From: Eledone cirrhosa
Taxonomy: Eukaryota
NCBI GenBank assembly: GCA_964016885.1
Contig: OZ024740.1
Location: 434,248,001-434,312,000, forward strand
Length of the DNA stretch: 64,000 bases
Direction: 5' to 3'
The position numbers and the translations under genes are program-made. Of the stretch, positions 37,801 to 52,800 are shown piece by piece. How positions within the stretch are numbered: position 1 is the stretch's first letter; every line of letters begins with the position of its first letter. The notes under the pieces were generated by a model that had not been told where the DNA came from, searched no databases, and was given only the letters and a program-made list of their open reading frames with translations.

Positions 37801-40800
37801 TTCTCAACAGTAAGAAGTACTCAATACCTTCTCCCCTAGTCTGTCATGTCTTACTAGCTCTATACAGACGTCTATTGTGTCTCAACAGTAAGAAGTACTC
37901 AATACCTTCTCCCCTAGTCTATCATGTCTTACTAGCTCTATACAGACGTCTATTGTTTCTCAACAGTAAGAAGTACTCAATACCTTCCCCCCTAGTCTAT
38001 CATGTCTTACTAGCTCTATACAGACGTCTATTGTTTCTCAACAGTAAGAAGTACTCAATACCTTCTCCCCTAGTCTGTCATGTCTTACTAGCTCTATACA
38101 GACGTCTATTGTGTCTCAACAGTAAGAAGTACTCAATACCTTCCCCCCTAGTCTATCATGTCTTACTAGCTCTATACAGACGTCTATTGTTTCTCAACAG
38201 TAAGAAGTACTCAATACCTTCTCCCCTAGTCTATCATGTCTTACTAGCTCTATACAGACGTCTATTGTGTCTCAACAGTAAGAAGTACTCAATACCTTCT
38301 CCCCTAGTCTATCATGTCTTACTAGCTCTATACAGACGTCTATTGTTTCTCAACAGTAAGAAGTACTCAATACCTTCCCCCCCAGTCTGTCATGTCTTAC
38401 TAGCTCTATACAGACGTCTATTGTGTCTCAACAGTAAGAAGTACTCAATACCTTCCCCTCTAGTCTATCATGTCTTACTAGCTCTATACAGACGTCTATT
38501 GTGTCTCAACAGTAAGAAGTACTCAATACCTTCCCCCCCAGTCTGTCATGTCTTACTAGCTCTATACAGACGTCTATTGTGTCTCAACAGTAAGAAGTAC
38601 TCAATACCTTCTCCCCTAGTCTGTCATATCTTACTAGCTCTATACAGACGTCTATTGTGTCTCAACAGTAAGAAGTACTCAATACCTTCCCCTCTAGTCT
38701 ATCATGTCTTACTAGCTCTATACAGACGTCTATTGTGTCTCAACAGTAAGAAGTACTCAATACCTTCCCCCCCAGTCTGTCATGTCTTACTAGCTCTATA
38801 CAGACGTCTATTGTTTCAACAGTAAGAAGTACTCAATACCTTCCCCCCTAGTCTATCATGTCTTACTAGCTCTATACAGACGTCTATTGTGTTTCAACAG
38901 TAAGAAGTACTCAATACCTTCCCCCCTAGTCTATCATGTCTTACTAGCTCTATACAGACGTCTATTGTTTCTCAACAGTAAGAAGTACTCAATACCTTCC
39001 CCTCTAGTCTATCATGTCTTACTAGCTCTATACAGACGTCTATTGTGTCTCAACAGTAAGAAGTACTCAATACCTTCCCCTCTAGTCTATCATGTCTTAC
39101 TAGCTCTATACAGACGTCTATTGTGTCTCAACAGTAAGAAGTACTCAATACCTTCCCCCCCAGTCTGTCATGTCTTACTAGCTCTATACAGACGTCTATT
39201 GTGTCTCAACAGTAAGAAGTACTCAATACCTTCTCCCCTAGTCTGTCATATCTTACTAGCTCTATACAGACGTCTATTGTGTCTCAACAGTAAGAAGTAC
39301 TCAATACCTTCCCCTCTAGTCTATCATGTCTTACTAGCTCTATACAGACGTCTATTGTGTCTCAACAGTAAGAAGTACTCAATACCTTCCCCCCCAGTCT
39401 GTCATGTCTTACTAGCTCTATACAGACGTCTATTGTTTCAACAGTAAGAAGTACTCAATACCTTCCCCCCTAGTCTATCATGTCTTACTAGCTCTATACA
39501 GACGTCTATTGTGTTTCAACAGTAAGAAGTACTCAATACCTTCCCCCCTAGTCTATCATGTCTTACTAGCTCTATACAGACGTCTATTGTTTCTCAACAG
39601 TAAGAAGTACTCAATACCTTCCCCTCTAGTCTATCATGTCTTACTAGCTCTATACAGACGTCTATTGTGTCTCAACAGTAAGAAGTACTCAATACCTTCC
39701 CCTCTAGTCTATCATGTCTTACTAGCTCTATACAGACGTCTATTGTGTCTCAACAGTAAGAAGTACTCAATACCTTCCCCCCCAGTCTGTCATGTCTTAC
39801 TAGCTCTATACAGACGTCTATTGTTTCAACAGTAAGAAGTACTCAATACCTTCCCCCCTAGTCTATCATGTCTTACTAGCTCTATACAGACGTCTATTGT
39901 GTCTCAACAGTAAGAAGTACTCAATACCTTCCCCCCCAGTCTGTCATGTCTTACTAGCTCTATACAGACGTCTATTGTTTCTCAACAGTAAGAAGTACTC
40001 AATACCTTCCCCTCTAGTCTATCATGTCTTACTAGCTCTATACAGACGTCTATTGTGTCTCAACAGTAAGAAGTACTCAATACCTTCCCCTCTAGTCTAT
40101 CATGTCTTACTAGCTCTATACAGACGTCTATTGTGTCTCAACAGTAAGAAGTACTCAATACCTTCCCCCCCAGTCTGTCATGTCTTACTAGCTCTATACA
40201 GACGTCTATTGTTTCAACAGTAAGAAGTACTCAATACCTTCCCCCCTAGTCTATCATGTCTTACTAGCTCTATACAGACGTCTATTGTTTCTCAACAGTA
40301 AGAAGTACTCAATACCTTCCCCTCTAGTCTATCATGTCTTACTAGCTCTATACAGACGTCTATTGTGTCTCAACAGTAAGAAGTACTCAATACCTTCCCC
40401 CCTAGTCTGTCATGTCTTACTAGCTCTATACAGACGTCTATTGTTTCTCAACAGTAAGAAGTACTCAATACCTTCCCCTCTAGTCTATCATGTCTTACTA
40501 GCTCTATACAGACGTCTATTGTTTCTCAACAGTAAGAAGTACTCAATACCTTCTCTCCTAGTCTATCATGTCTTACTAGCTCTATACAGACGTCTATTGT
40601 GTCTCAACAGTAAGAAGTACTCAATACCTTCCCCCCTAGTCTGTCATGTCTTACTAGCTCTATACAGACGTCTATTGTTTCTCAATAGTAAGAAGTACTC
40701 AATACATTCCCCCCTAGTTTGTCATGTCTTACTAGCTCTATACAGACGTCTATTGTCTCAACCGTAAGAAGTACTCAATACCTTCCCCCCTAGTCTGTCA

Positions 40801-43800
40801 TGTCGTACTAGCTCTATACAGACGTCTATTGTTTCTCAACAGTAAGAAGTACTCAATACCTTCCCCCCTAGTCTATCATGTCTTACTAGCTCTATACAGA
40901 CGTCTATTGTCTCAACAGTAAGAAGTACTCAATACCTTCCCCCCTAGTCTATCATGTCTTACTAGCTCTATACAGACGTCTATTGTTTCTCAATAGTAAG
41001 AAGTACTCAATACATTCCCCCCTAGTTTGTCATGTCTTACTAGCTCTATACAGACGTCTATTGTCTCAACCGTAAGAAGTACTCAATACCTTCCCCCCTA
41101 GTCTATCATGTCTTACTAGCTCTATACAGACGTCTATTGTTTCTCAACAGTAAGAAGTACTCAATACCTTCCACCCTAGTCTAGCATGTCTTACTAGCTC
41201 TATACAGACGTCTATTGTTTCTCAACAGTAAGAAGTACTCAATACCTTCCCCCCTAGTCTGTCATGTCTTACTAGCTCTATACAGACGTCTATTATTTCT
41301 CAACAGTAAGAAGTACTCAATACCTTCCCCCTAGTCTATCATGTCTTACTAGCTCTATACAGACGTCTATTATTTCTCAACAGTAAGAAGTACTCAATAC
41401 CTTCCCCCCTAGTCTATCATGTCTTACTAGCTCTATACAGACGTCTATTGTCTCAACAGTAAGAAGTACTCAATACCTTCCCCCCTAGTCTATCATGTCT
41501 TACTAGCTCTATCCAGACGTCTATTTTTTCTCAATAGTAAGAAGTACTCAATACCTTCCCCCTAGTCTGTCATGTCTTACTAGCTCTATACAGACGTCTA
41601 TTGTTTCTCAATAGTAAGTACTCAATACCTTCCCCCTAGTCTGTCATGTCTTACTAGCTCTATACAGACGTCTATCGTGTCTCAACAGTAAGAAGTACTC
41701 AATACCTTCCCCCTAGTCTGTCATGTCTTACTAGCTCTATACAGACGTCTATTGTTTCTCAACAGTAAGAAGTACTCAATACCTTCCCCCTAGTCTGTCA
41801 TGTCTTACTAGCTCTATACAGACGTCTGTTGTGTCTCAACAGTAAGTACTCAATACCTTCCCCCCTAGTCTATCATGTCTTACTAGCTCTATACAGACCT
41901 CTATTGTTTCTCAACAGTAAGAAGTACTCAATACCTTCCCCCCTAGTCTGTCATGTCTTACTAGCTCTATACAGACGTCTATTGTCTCAACAGTAAGTAC
42001 TCAATACCTTCCCCCCTAGTCTATCATGTCTTACTAGCTCTATACAGACGTCTATTGTTTCTCAACAGTAAGAAGTACTCAATACCTTCCCCCCTAGTCT
42101 ATCATGTCTTACTAGCTCTATACAGACGTCTATTGTTTCTCAACAGTAAGAAGTACTCAATACCTTCCCCCTAGTCTGTCATGTCTTACTAGCTCTATAC
42201 AGACGTCTGTTGTGTCTCAACAGTAAGTACTCAATACCTTCCCCCCTAGTCTATCATGTCTTACTAGCTCTATACAGACCTCTATTGTTTCTCAACAGTA
42301 AGAAGTACTCAATACCTTCCCCCCTAGTCTATCATGTCTTACTAGCTCTATACAGACGTCTATTGTTTCTCAACAGTAAGAAGTACTCAATACCTTCCCC
42401 CCTAGTCTGTCATGTCTTACTAGCTCTATACAGACGTCTATTGTCTCAACAGTAAGTACTCAATACCTTCCCCCCTAGTCTATCATGTCTTACTAGCTCT
42501 ATACAGACGTCTATTGTTTCTCAACAGTAAGAAGTACTCAATACCTTCTCCCCTAGTCTATCATGTCTTACTAGCTCTATACAGACGTCTATTGTGTCTC
42601 AACAGTAAGTACTCAATACCTTCCCCCCTAGTCTATCATGTCTTACTAGCTCTATACAGACGTCTATTGTGTCTCAACAGTAAGTACTCAATACCTTCCC
42701 CCCTAGTCTATCATGTCTTACTAGCTCTATACAGACGTCTATTGTTTCTCAACAGTAAGAAGTACTCAATACCTTCTCCCCTAGTCTATCATGTCTTACT
42801 AGCTCTATACAGACGTCTATTGTGTCTCAACAGTAAGTACTCAATACCTTCCCCCCTAGTCTATCATGTCTTACTAGCTCTATACAGACGTCTATTGTGT
42901 CTCAACAGTAAGTACTCAATACCTTCCCCCCTAGTCTATCATGTCTTACTAGCTCTATACAGACGTCTATTGTTTCTCAACAGTAAGAAGTACTCAATAC
43001 CTTCTCCCCTAGTCTATCATGTCTTACTAGCTCTATACAGACGTCTATTGTGTCTCAACAGTAAGTACTCAATACCTTCCCCCCTAGTCTATCATGTCTT
43101 ACTAGCTCTATACAGACGTCTATTGTTTCTCAACAGTAAGAAGTACTCAATACCTTCTCCCCTAGTCTATCATGTCTTACTAGCTCTATACAGACGTCTA
43201 TTGTGTCTCAACAGTAAGTACTCAATACCTTCCCCCCTAGTCTATCATGTCTTACTAGCTCTATACAGACGTCTATTGTTTCTCAACAGTAAGAAGTACT
43301 CAATACCTTCTCCCCTAGTCTATCATGTCTTACTAGCTCTATACAGACGTCTATTGTGTCTCAACAGTAAGAAGTACTCAATACCTTCCCCCCTAGTCTA
43401 TCATGTCTTACTAGCTCTATACAGACGTCTATTGTGTCTCAACAGTAAGAAGTACTCAATACCTTCCCCCCTAGTCTATCATGTCTTACTAGCTCTATAC
43501 AGACGTCTATTGTGTCTCAACAGTAAGAAGTACTCAATACCTTCCCCCCTAGTCTATCATGTCTTACTAGCTCTATACAGACGTCTATTGTGTCTCAACA
43601 GTAAGAAGTACTCAATACCTTCCCCCCTAGTCTATCATGTCTTACTAGCTCTATACAGACGTCTATTGTTTCTCAACAGTAAGAAGTACTCAATACCTTC
43701 TCCCCTAGTCTATCATGTCTTACTAGCTCTATACAGACGTCTATTGTGTCTCAACAGTAAGTACTCAATACCTTCCCCCCTAGTCTATCATGTCTTACTA

Positions 43801-46800
43801 GCTCTATACAGACGTCTATTGTGTCTCAACAGTAAGAAGTACTCAATACCTTCTCTCCTAGTCTATCATGTCTTACTAGCTCTATACAGACGTCTATTGT
43901 TTCTCAACAGTAAGAAGTACTCAATACCTTCTCCCCTAGTCTATCATGTCTTACTAGCTCTATACAGACGTCTATTGTGTCTCAACAGTAAGTACTCAAT
44001 ACCTTCCCCCCTAGTCTATCATGTCTTACTAGCTCTATACAGACGTCTATTGTGTCTCAACAGTAAGAAGTACTCAATACCTTCTCTCCTAGTCTATCAT
44101 GTCTTACTAGCTCTATACAGACGTCTATTGTTTCTCAACAGTAAGAAGTACTCAATACCTTCTCCCCTAGTCTATCATGTCTTACTAGCTCTATACAGAC
44201 GTCTATTGTGTCTCAACAGTAAGTACTCAATACCTTCCCCCCTAGTCTATCATGTCTTACTAGCTCTATACAGACGTCTATTGTTTCTCAACAGTAAGAA
44301 GTACTCAATACCTTCCCCCCTAGTCTATCATGTCTTACTAGCTCTATACAGACGTCTATTGTTTCTCAACAGTAAGAAGTACTCAATACCTTCCCCCCTA
44401 GTCTATCATGTCTTACTAGCTCTATACAGACGTCTATTGTTTCTCAACAGTAAGAAGTACTCAATACCTTCCCCCCTAGTCTATCATGTCTTACTAGCTC
44501 TATACAGACGTCTATTGTTTCTCAACAGTAAGAAGTACTCAATATCTTTCCCCGCTAGTCTATCATGTCTTACTAGCTCTATACAGTCGTCTATTGTTTC
44601 TCAACAGTAAAAAGTACTCAATACCTTCCCCCCTAGTCTATCATGTCTTACTAGCTCTATACAGACGTCTATTGTTTCTCAATAGTAAGAAGTACTCAAT
44701 ACCTTCCCCCCTAGTCTATCATGTCTTACTAGCTCTATACAGACGTCTATTGTGTCTCAACAGTAAGAAGTACTCAATACCTTCCCCGCTAGTCTATCAT
44801 GTCTTACTAGCTCTATACAGTCGTCTATTGTTTCTCAACAGTAAAAAGTACTCAATACCTTCCCCCCTAGTCTATCATGTCTTACTAGCTCTATACAGAC
44901 GTCTATTGTTTCTCAACAGTAAGAAGTACTCAATACCTTCCCCCCTAGTCTATCATGTCTTACTAGCTCTATACAGACGTCTATTGTTTCTCAAAAGTAA
45001 GAAGTACTCAATACCTTCCCCCCTAGTCTGTCATATCTTACTAGCTCTATCCAGACGTCTATTGTTTCTCAACAGTAAGAAGTACTCAATACCTTCCCCG
45101 CTAGTCTATCATGTCTTACTAGCTCTATACAGTCGTCTATTGTTTCTCAACAGTAAGAAGTACACAATACCTTCCCCCCTAGTCTGTCATATCTTACTAG
45201 CTCTATCCAGACGTCTATTGTTTCTCAACAGTAAGAAGTACTCAATACCTTCCCCCCTAGTCTATCATGTCTTACTAGCTCTATACAGACGTCTATTGTT
45301 TCTCAAAAGTAAGAAGTACTCAATACCTTCCCCCCTAGTCTATCATGTCTTACTAGCTCTATCCAGACGTCTATTGTTTCTCAACAGTAAGAAGTACTCA
45401 ATACCTTTCCCCCTAGTCTGTCATGTCTTACTAGCTCTATACAGACGTCTATTGTTTCTCAACAGTAAGAAGTACTCAATACCTTCCCCCCTAGTCTATC
45501 ATGTCTTACTAGCTCTATACAGACGTCTATTGTCTCAACAGTAAGAAGTACTCAATACCTTCCCCCCTAGTCTATCATGTCTTACTAGCTCTATACAGAC
45601 GTCTATTGTCTCAACAGTAAGAAGTACTCAATACCTTCCCCCCTAGTCTATCATGTCTTACTAGCTCTATACAGACGTCTATTGTCTCAACAGTAAGAAG
45701 TACTCAATACCTTCCCCCCTAGTCTGTCATGTCTGACTAGCTCTATACAGACGTCTATTGTGTCTCAACAGTAAGAAGTACTCAATACCTTCTCCCCTAG
45801 TCTGTCATGTCTTACTAGCTCTATACAGACGTCTATTGTGTCTCAACAGTAAGTACTCAATACCTTCCCCCCTAGTCTATCATGTCTTACTAGCTCTATA
45901 CAGACGTCTATTGTCTCAACCGTAAGAAGTACTCAATACCTTCCCCCCTAGTCTGTCATGTCGTACTAGCTCTATACAGACGTCTATTGTCTCAACAGTA
46001 AGAAGTACTCAATACCTTCCCCCTAGTCTATCATGTCTTACTAGCTCTATACAGACGTCTATTGTTTCTCAAAAGTAAGAAGTACTCAATACCTTCCCCC
46101 CTAGTCTGTCATGTCTTACTAGCTCTATACAGACGTCTATTGTGTCTCAACAGTAAGTACTCAATACCTTCCCCCCTAGTCTATCATGTCTTACTAGCTC
46201 TATACAGACGTCTATTGTCTCAACAGTAAGAAGTACTCAATACCTTCCCCCCTAGTCTGTCATGTCTTACTAGCTCTATACAGACGTCTATTGTGTCTCA
46301 ACAGTAAGTACTCAATACCTTCCCCCCTAGTCTATCATGTCTTACTAGCTCTATACAGACGTCTATTGTCTCAACAGTAAGAAGTACTCAATACCTTCCC
46401 CCCTAGTCTATCATGTCTTACTAGCTCTATACAGACGTCTATTGTCTCAACAGTAAGAAGTACTCAATACCTTCCCCCCTAGTCTATCATGTCTTACTAG
46501 CTCTATACAGACGTCTATTGTCTCAACAGTAAGAAGTACTCAATACCTTCCCCCCTAGTCTGTCATGTCTTACTAGCTCTATACAGACGTCTATTGTCTC
46601 AACAGTAAGAAGTACTCAATACCTTCCCCCCTAGTCTGTCATGTCTTACTAGCTCTATACAGACGTCTATTGTCTCAACAGTAAGAAGTACTCAATACCT
46701 TCCCCCTAGTCTATCATGTCTTACTAGCTCTATACAGACGTCTATTGTCTCAACAGTAAGAAGTACTCAATACCTTCCCCCCTAGTCTGTCATGTCTTAC

Positions 46801-49800
46801 TAGCTCTATACAGACGTCTATTGTGTCTCAACAGTAAGAAGTACTCAATACCTTCTCCCCTAGTCTGTCATGTCTTACTAGCTCTATACAGACGTCTATT
46901 GTGTCTCAACAGTAAGTACTCAATACCTTCCCCCCTAGTCTATCATGTCTTACTAGCTCTATACAGACGTCTATTGTCTCAACAGTAAGAAGTACTCAAT
47001 ACCTTCCCCCCTAGTCTGTCATGTCTTACTAGCTCTATACAGACGTCTATTGTCTCAACAGTAAGAAGTACTCAATACCTTCCCCCCTAGTCTGTCATGT
47101 CTTACTAGCTCTATACAGACGTCTATTGTCTCAACAGTAAGAAGTACTCAATACCTTCCCCCTAGTCTATCATGTCTTACTAGCTCTATACAGACGTCTA
47201 TTGTCTCAACAGTAAGAAGTACTCAATACCTTCCCCCCTAGTCTGTCATGTCTTACTAGCTCTATACAGACGTCTATTGTGTCTCAACAGTAAGAAGTAC
47301 TCAATACCTTCTCCCCTAGTCTGTCATGTCTTACTAGCTCTATACAGACGTCTATTGTGTCTCAACAGTAAGTACTCAATACCTTCCCCCCTAGTCTATC
47401 ATGTCTTACTAGCTCTATACAGACGTCTATTGTCTCAACAGTAAGAAGTACTCAATACCTTCCCCCCTAGTCTGTCATGTCTTACTAGCTCTATACAGAC
47501 GTCTATTGTCTCAACAGTAAGAAGTACTCAATACCTTCCCCCCTAGTCTGTCATGTCTTACTAGCTCTATACAGACGTCTATTGTCTCAACAGTAAGAAG
47601 TACTCAATACCTTCCCCCTAGTCTATCATGTCTTACTAGCTCTATACAGACGTCTATTGTCTCAACAGTAAGAAGTACTCAATACCTTCCCCCCTAGTCT
47701 GTCATGTCTTACTAGCTCTATACAGACGTCTATTGTGTCTCAACAGTAAGAAGTACTCAATACCTTCTCCCCTAGTCTGTCATGTCTTACTAGCTCTATA
47801 CAGACGTCTATTGTGTCTCAACAGTAAGTACTCAATACCTTCCCCCCTAGTCTATCATGTCTTACTAGCTCTATACAGACGTCTATTGTCTCAACAGTAA
47901 GAAGTACTCAATACCTTCCCCCTAGTCTATCATGTCTTACTAGCTCTATACAGACGTCTATTGTCTCAACAGTAAGAAGTACTCAATACCTTCCCCCTAG
48001 TCTGTCATGTCTTACTAGCTCTATACAGACGTCTATTGTTTCTCAAAAGTAAGAAGTACTCAATACCTTCCCCCTAGTCTGTCATGTCTTACTAGCTCTA
48101 TACAGACGTCTATTGTTTCTCAAAAGTAAGAAGTACTCAATACCTTCCCCCTAGTCTGTCATGTCTTACTAGCTCTATACAGACGTCTATTGTTTCTCAA
48201 AAGTAAGAAGTACTCAATACCTTCCCCCCTAGTCTGTCATGTCTTACTAGCTCTATACAGACGGCTATTGTTTCAACAGTAAGAAGTACTCAATACCTTC
48301 CCCCCTAGTCTATCATGTCTTACTAGCTCTATACAGACGTTTATTGTGTCTCAACAGTAAGAAGTACTCAATACCTTCCCCCCTAGTCTATCATGTCTTA
48401 CTAGCTCTATACAGACGTCTATTGTGTCTCAACAGTAAGAAGTACTCAATACCTTCCCCCCTAGTCTGTCATGTCTTACTAGCTCTATACAGACGTCTAT
48501 TGTTTCTCAACAGTAAGAAGTACTCAATACCTTCCCCCCTTGTCTGTCATGTCTTACTAGCTCTATACAGACGTCTATTGTGTCTCAACAGTAAGAAGTA
48601 CTCAATACCTTCCCCCCTAGTCTATCATGTCTTACTAGCTCTATACAGACGTCTATTGTGTCTCAACAGTAAGAAGTACTCAATACCTTCTCCCCTAGTC
48701 TGTCATGTCTTACTAGCTCTATACAGACGTCTATTGTTTCTCAACAGTAAGAAGTACTCAATACCTTCCCCCCTAGTCTGTCATGTCTTACTAGCTCTAT
48801 ACAGACGTCTATTGTTTCTCAACAGTAAGAAGTACTCAATACCTTCCCCCTAGTCTGTCATATCTTACTAGCTCTATACAGACGTCTATTGTCTCAACAG
48901 TAAGAAGTACTCAATACCTTCCCCCCCTAGTCTATCATGTCTTACTAGCTCTATACAGACGTCTATTGTTTCTCAACACTAAGAAGTACTCAATACCTTC
49001 CCCCCTAGTCTGTCATGTCTTACTAGCTCTATACAGACGTCTATTGTTTCTCAACACTAAGAAGTACTCAATACCTTCCCCCCTAGTCTGTCATGTCTTA
49101 CTAGCTCTATACAGACGTCTATTGTGTCTCAACAGTAAGTACTCAATACCTTCCCCCTAGTCTGTCATGTCTTACTAGCTCTATACAGACGTCTATTGTC
49201 TCAACAGTAAGAAGTACTCAATACCTTCCCCCCTAGTCTATCATGTCTTACTAGCTCTATACAGACGTCTATTGTCTCAACAGTAAGAAGTACTCAATAC
49301 CTTCTCTCCTAGTCTATCATGTCTTACTAGCTCTATACAGACGTCTATTGTCTCAACAGTAAGAAGTACTCAATACCTTCCCCCCTAGTCTATCATGTCT
49401 TACTAGCTCTATACAGACGTCTATTGTCTCAACAGTAAGAAGTACTCAATACCTTCTCTCCTAGTCTATCATGTCTTACTAGCTCTATACAGACGTCTAT
49501 TGTCTCAACAGTAAGAAGTACTCAATACCTTCCCCCCTAGTCTATCATGTCTTACTAGCTCTATACAGACGTCTATTGTCTCAACAGTAAGAAGTACTCA
49601 ATACCTTCTCTCCTAGTCTATCATGTCTTACTAGCTCTATACAGACGTCTATTGTCTCAACAGTAAGAAGTACTCAATACCTTCCCCCCTAGTCTATCAT
49701 GTCTTACTAGCTCTATACAGACGTCTATTGTTTCTCAACAGTAAGAAGTACTCAATACCTTCTCCCCTAGTCTATCATGTCTTACTAGCTCTATACAGAC

Positions 49801-52800
49801 GTCTATTGTCTCAACAGTAAGAAGTACTCAATACCTTCCCCCCTAGTGCCATGTCTTACTAGCTCTATACAGACGTCTATTGTGTCTCAACAGTAAGAAG
49901 TACTCAATACCTTCTCTCCTAGTCTATCATGTCTTACTAGCTCTATACAGACGTCTATTGTCTCAACAGTAAGAAGTACTCAATACCTTCCCCCCTAGTC
50001 TATCATGTCTTACTAGCTCTATACAGACGTCTATTGTGTCTCAACAGTAAGAAGTACTCAATACCTTCTCTCCTAGTCTATCATGTCTTACTAGCTCTAT
50101 ACAGACGTCTATTGTCTCAACAGTAAGAAGTACTCAATACCTTCCCCCCTAGTCTATCATGTCTTACTAGCTCTATACAGACGTCTATTGTGTCTCAACA
50201 GTAAGTACTCAATACCTTCCCCCTAGTCTGTCATGTCTTACTAGCTCTATACAGACGTCTATTGTCTCAACAGTAAGAAGTACTCAATACCTTCCCCCCT
50301 AGTCTATCATGTCTTACTAGCTCTATACAGACGTCTATTGTCTCAACAGTAAGAAGTACTCAATACCTTCTCTCCTAGTCTATCATGTCTTACTAGCTCT
50401 ATACAGACGTCTATTGTTTCTCAACAGTAAGAAGTACTCAATACCTTCTCCCCTAGTCTATCATGTCTTACTAGCTCTATACAGACGTCTATTGTCTCAA
50501 CAGTAAGAAGTACTCAATACCTTCTCTCCTAGTCTATCATGTCTTACTAGCTCTATACAGACGTCTATTGTTTCTCAACAGTAAGAAGTACTCAATACCT
50601 TCTCCCCTAGTCTATCATGTCTTACTAGCTCTATACAGACGTCTATTGTTTCTCAACAGTAAGAAGTACTCAATACCTTCTCCCCTAGTCTATCATGTCT
50701 TACTAGCTCTATACAGACGTCTATTGTCTCAACAGTAAGAAGTACTCAATACCTTCTCTCCTAGTCTATCATGTCTTACTAGCTCTATACAGACGTCTAT
50801 TGTCTCAACAGTAAGAAGTACTCAATACCTTCTCTCCTAGTCTGTCATGTCTTACTAGCTCTATACAGACGTCTATTGTGTCTCAACAGTAAGAAGTACT
50901 CAATACCTTCTCCCCTAGTCTGTCATGTCTTACTAGCTCTATACAGACGTCTATTGTGTCTCAACAGTAAGAAGTACTCAATACCTTCCCCCTCGTCTGT
51001 CATGTCTTACTAGCTCTATACAGACGTCTATTGTTTCTCAACATTAAGAAGTACTCAATACCTTCCCCCCTAGTCTATCATATCTTACTAGCTCTATACA
51101 GTCGTCTATTGTTTCTCAATAGTAAGTACTCAATACCTTCCCCCTAGTCTGTCATGTCTTACTAGCTCTATACAGACGTCTATTGTTTCTCAACAGTAAG
51201 AAGTACTCAATACCTTCCCCCCTAGTCTATCATGTCTTACTAGCTCTATACAGACGTCTATTGTGTCTCAACAGTAAGAAGTACTCAATACCTTCTCCCC
51301 TAGTCTGTCATGTCTTACTAGCTCTATACAGACGTCTATTGTGTCTCAACAGTAAGAAGTACTCAATACCTTCCCCCTCGTCTGTCATGTCTTACTAGCT
51401 CTATACAGACGTCTATTGTGTCTCAACAGTAAGAAGTACTCAATACCTTCCCCCCTAGTCTGTCTTTTCTTACTAGCTCTATACAGACGTCTATTGTTTC
51501 TCAACAGTAAGTACTCAATACCTTCCCCCCTAGTCTATCATGTCTTACTAGCTCTATACAGACGTCTATTGTGTCTCAACAGTAAGAAGTACTCAATACC
51601 TTCCCCCCTAGTCTATCATGTCTTACTAGCTCTATACAGACGTCTATTGTCTCAACAGTAAGAAGTACTCAATACCTTCCCCCTAGTCTATCATGTCTTA
51701 CTAGCTGTATACAGATGTCTATTGTTTCTCAATAGTAAGAAGTACTCAATACCTTCCCCTCTAGTCTATCATGTCTTACTAGCTCTATACAGACGTCTAT
51801 TGTCTCAACAGTAAGAAGTACTCAATACCTTCCCCCTAGTCTATCATGTCTTACTAGCTGTATACAGATGTCTATTGTTTCTCAATAGTAAGAAGTACTC
51901 AATACCTTCCCCTCTAGTCTATCATGTCTTACTAGCTCTATACAGACGTCTATTGTCTCAACAGTAAGAAGTACTCAATACCTTCTCTCCTAGTCTATCA
52001 TGTCTTACTAGCTGTATACAGATGTCTATTGTTTCTCAATAGTAAGAAGTACTCAATACCTTCCCCTCTAGTCTATCATGTCTTACTAGCTGTATACAGA
52101 TGTCTATTGTTTCTCAATAGTAAGAAGTACTCAATACCTTCTCCCCTAGTCTGTCATATCTTACTAGCTCTATACAGACGTCTATTGTCTCAACAGTAAT
52201 AAGTACTCATTACCTTCCCCCTAGTCTGTCATATCTTACTAGCTCTATACAGACGTCTATTGTCTCAACAGTAAGAAGTACTCAATACCTTCCCCCCTAG
52301 TCTATCATGTCTTACTAGCTCTATACAGACGTCTATTGTCTCTCAACAGTAAGAAGCACTCAATACCATCCCCCCTAGTCTGTCATGTCTTACTAGCTCT
52401 ATACAGACGTCTATTGTCTCTCAACAGTAAGAAGTACTCAATACCTTCCCCCCTAGTCTATCATGTCTTACTAGCTCTATACAGACGTCTATTGTGTCTC
52501 AACAGTAAGAAGTACTCAATACCTTCCCCCCTAGTCTATCATGTCTTACTAGCTCTTTACAGACGTGTATTGTTTCTCAACAGTAAGAAGTACTCAATAC
52601 CTTCCCCCTTAGTCTGTCATATCTTACTAGCTCTATACAGACGTCTATTGTTTCTCAACAGTAAGAAGTACTCAATACCTCCCCCCCTAGTCTGTCATGT
52701 CTTACTAGCTCTATACAGACGTCTATTGTGTCTCAACAGTAAGTACTCAATACCTTCCCCCTAGTCTGTCATGTCTTACTAGCTCTATACAGACGTCTAT

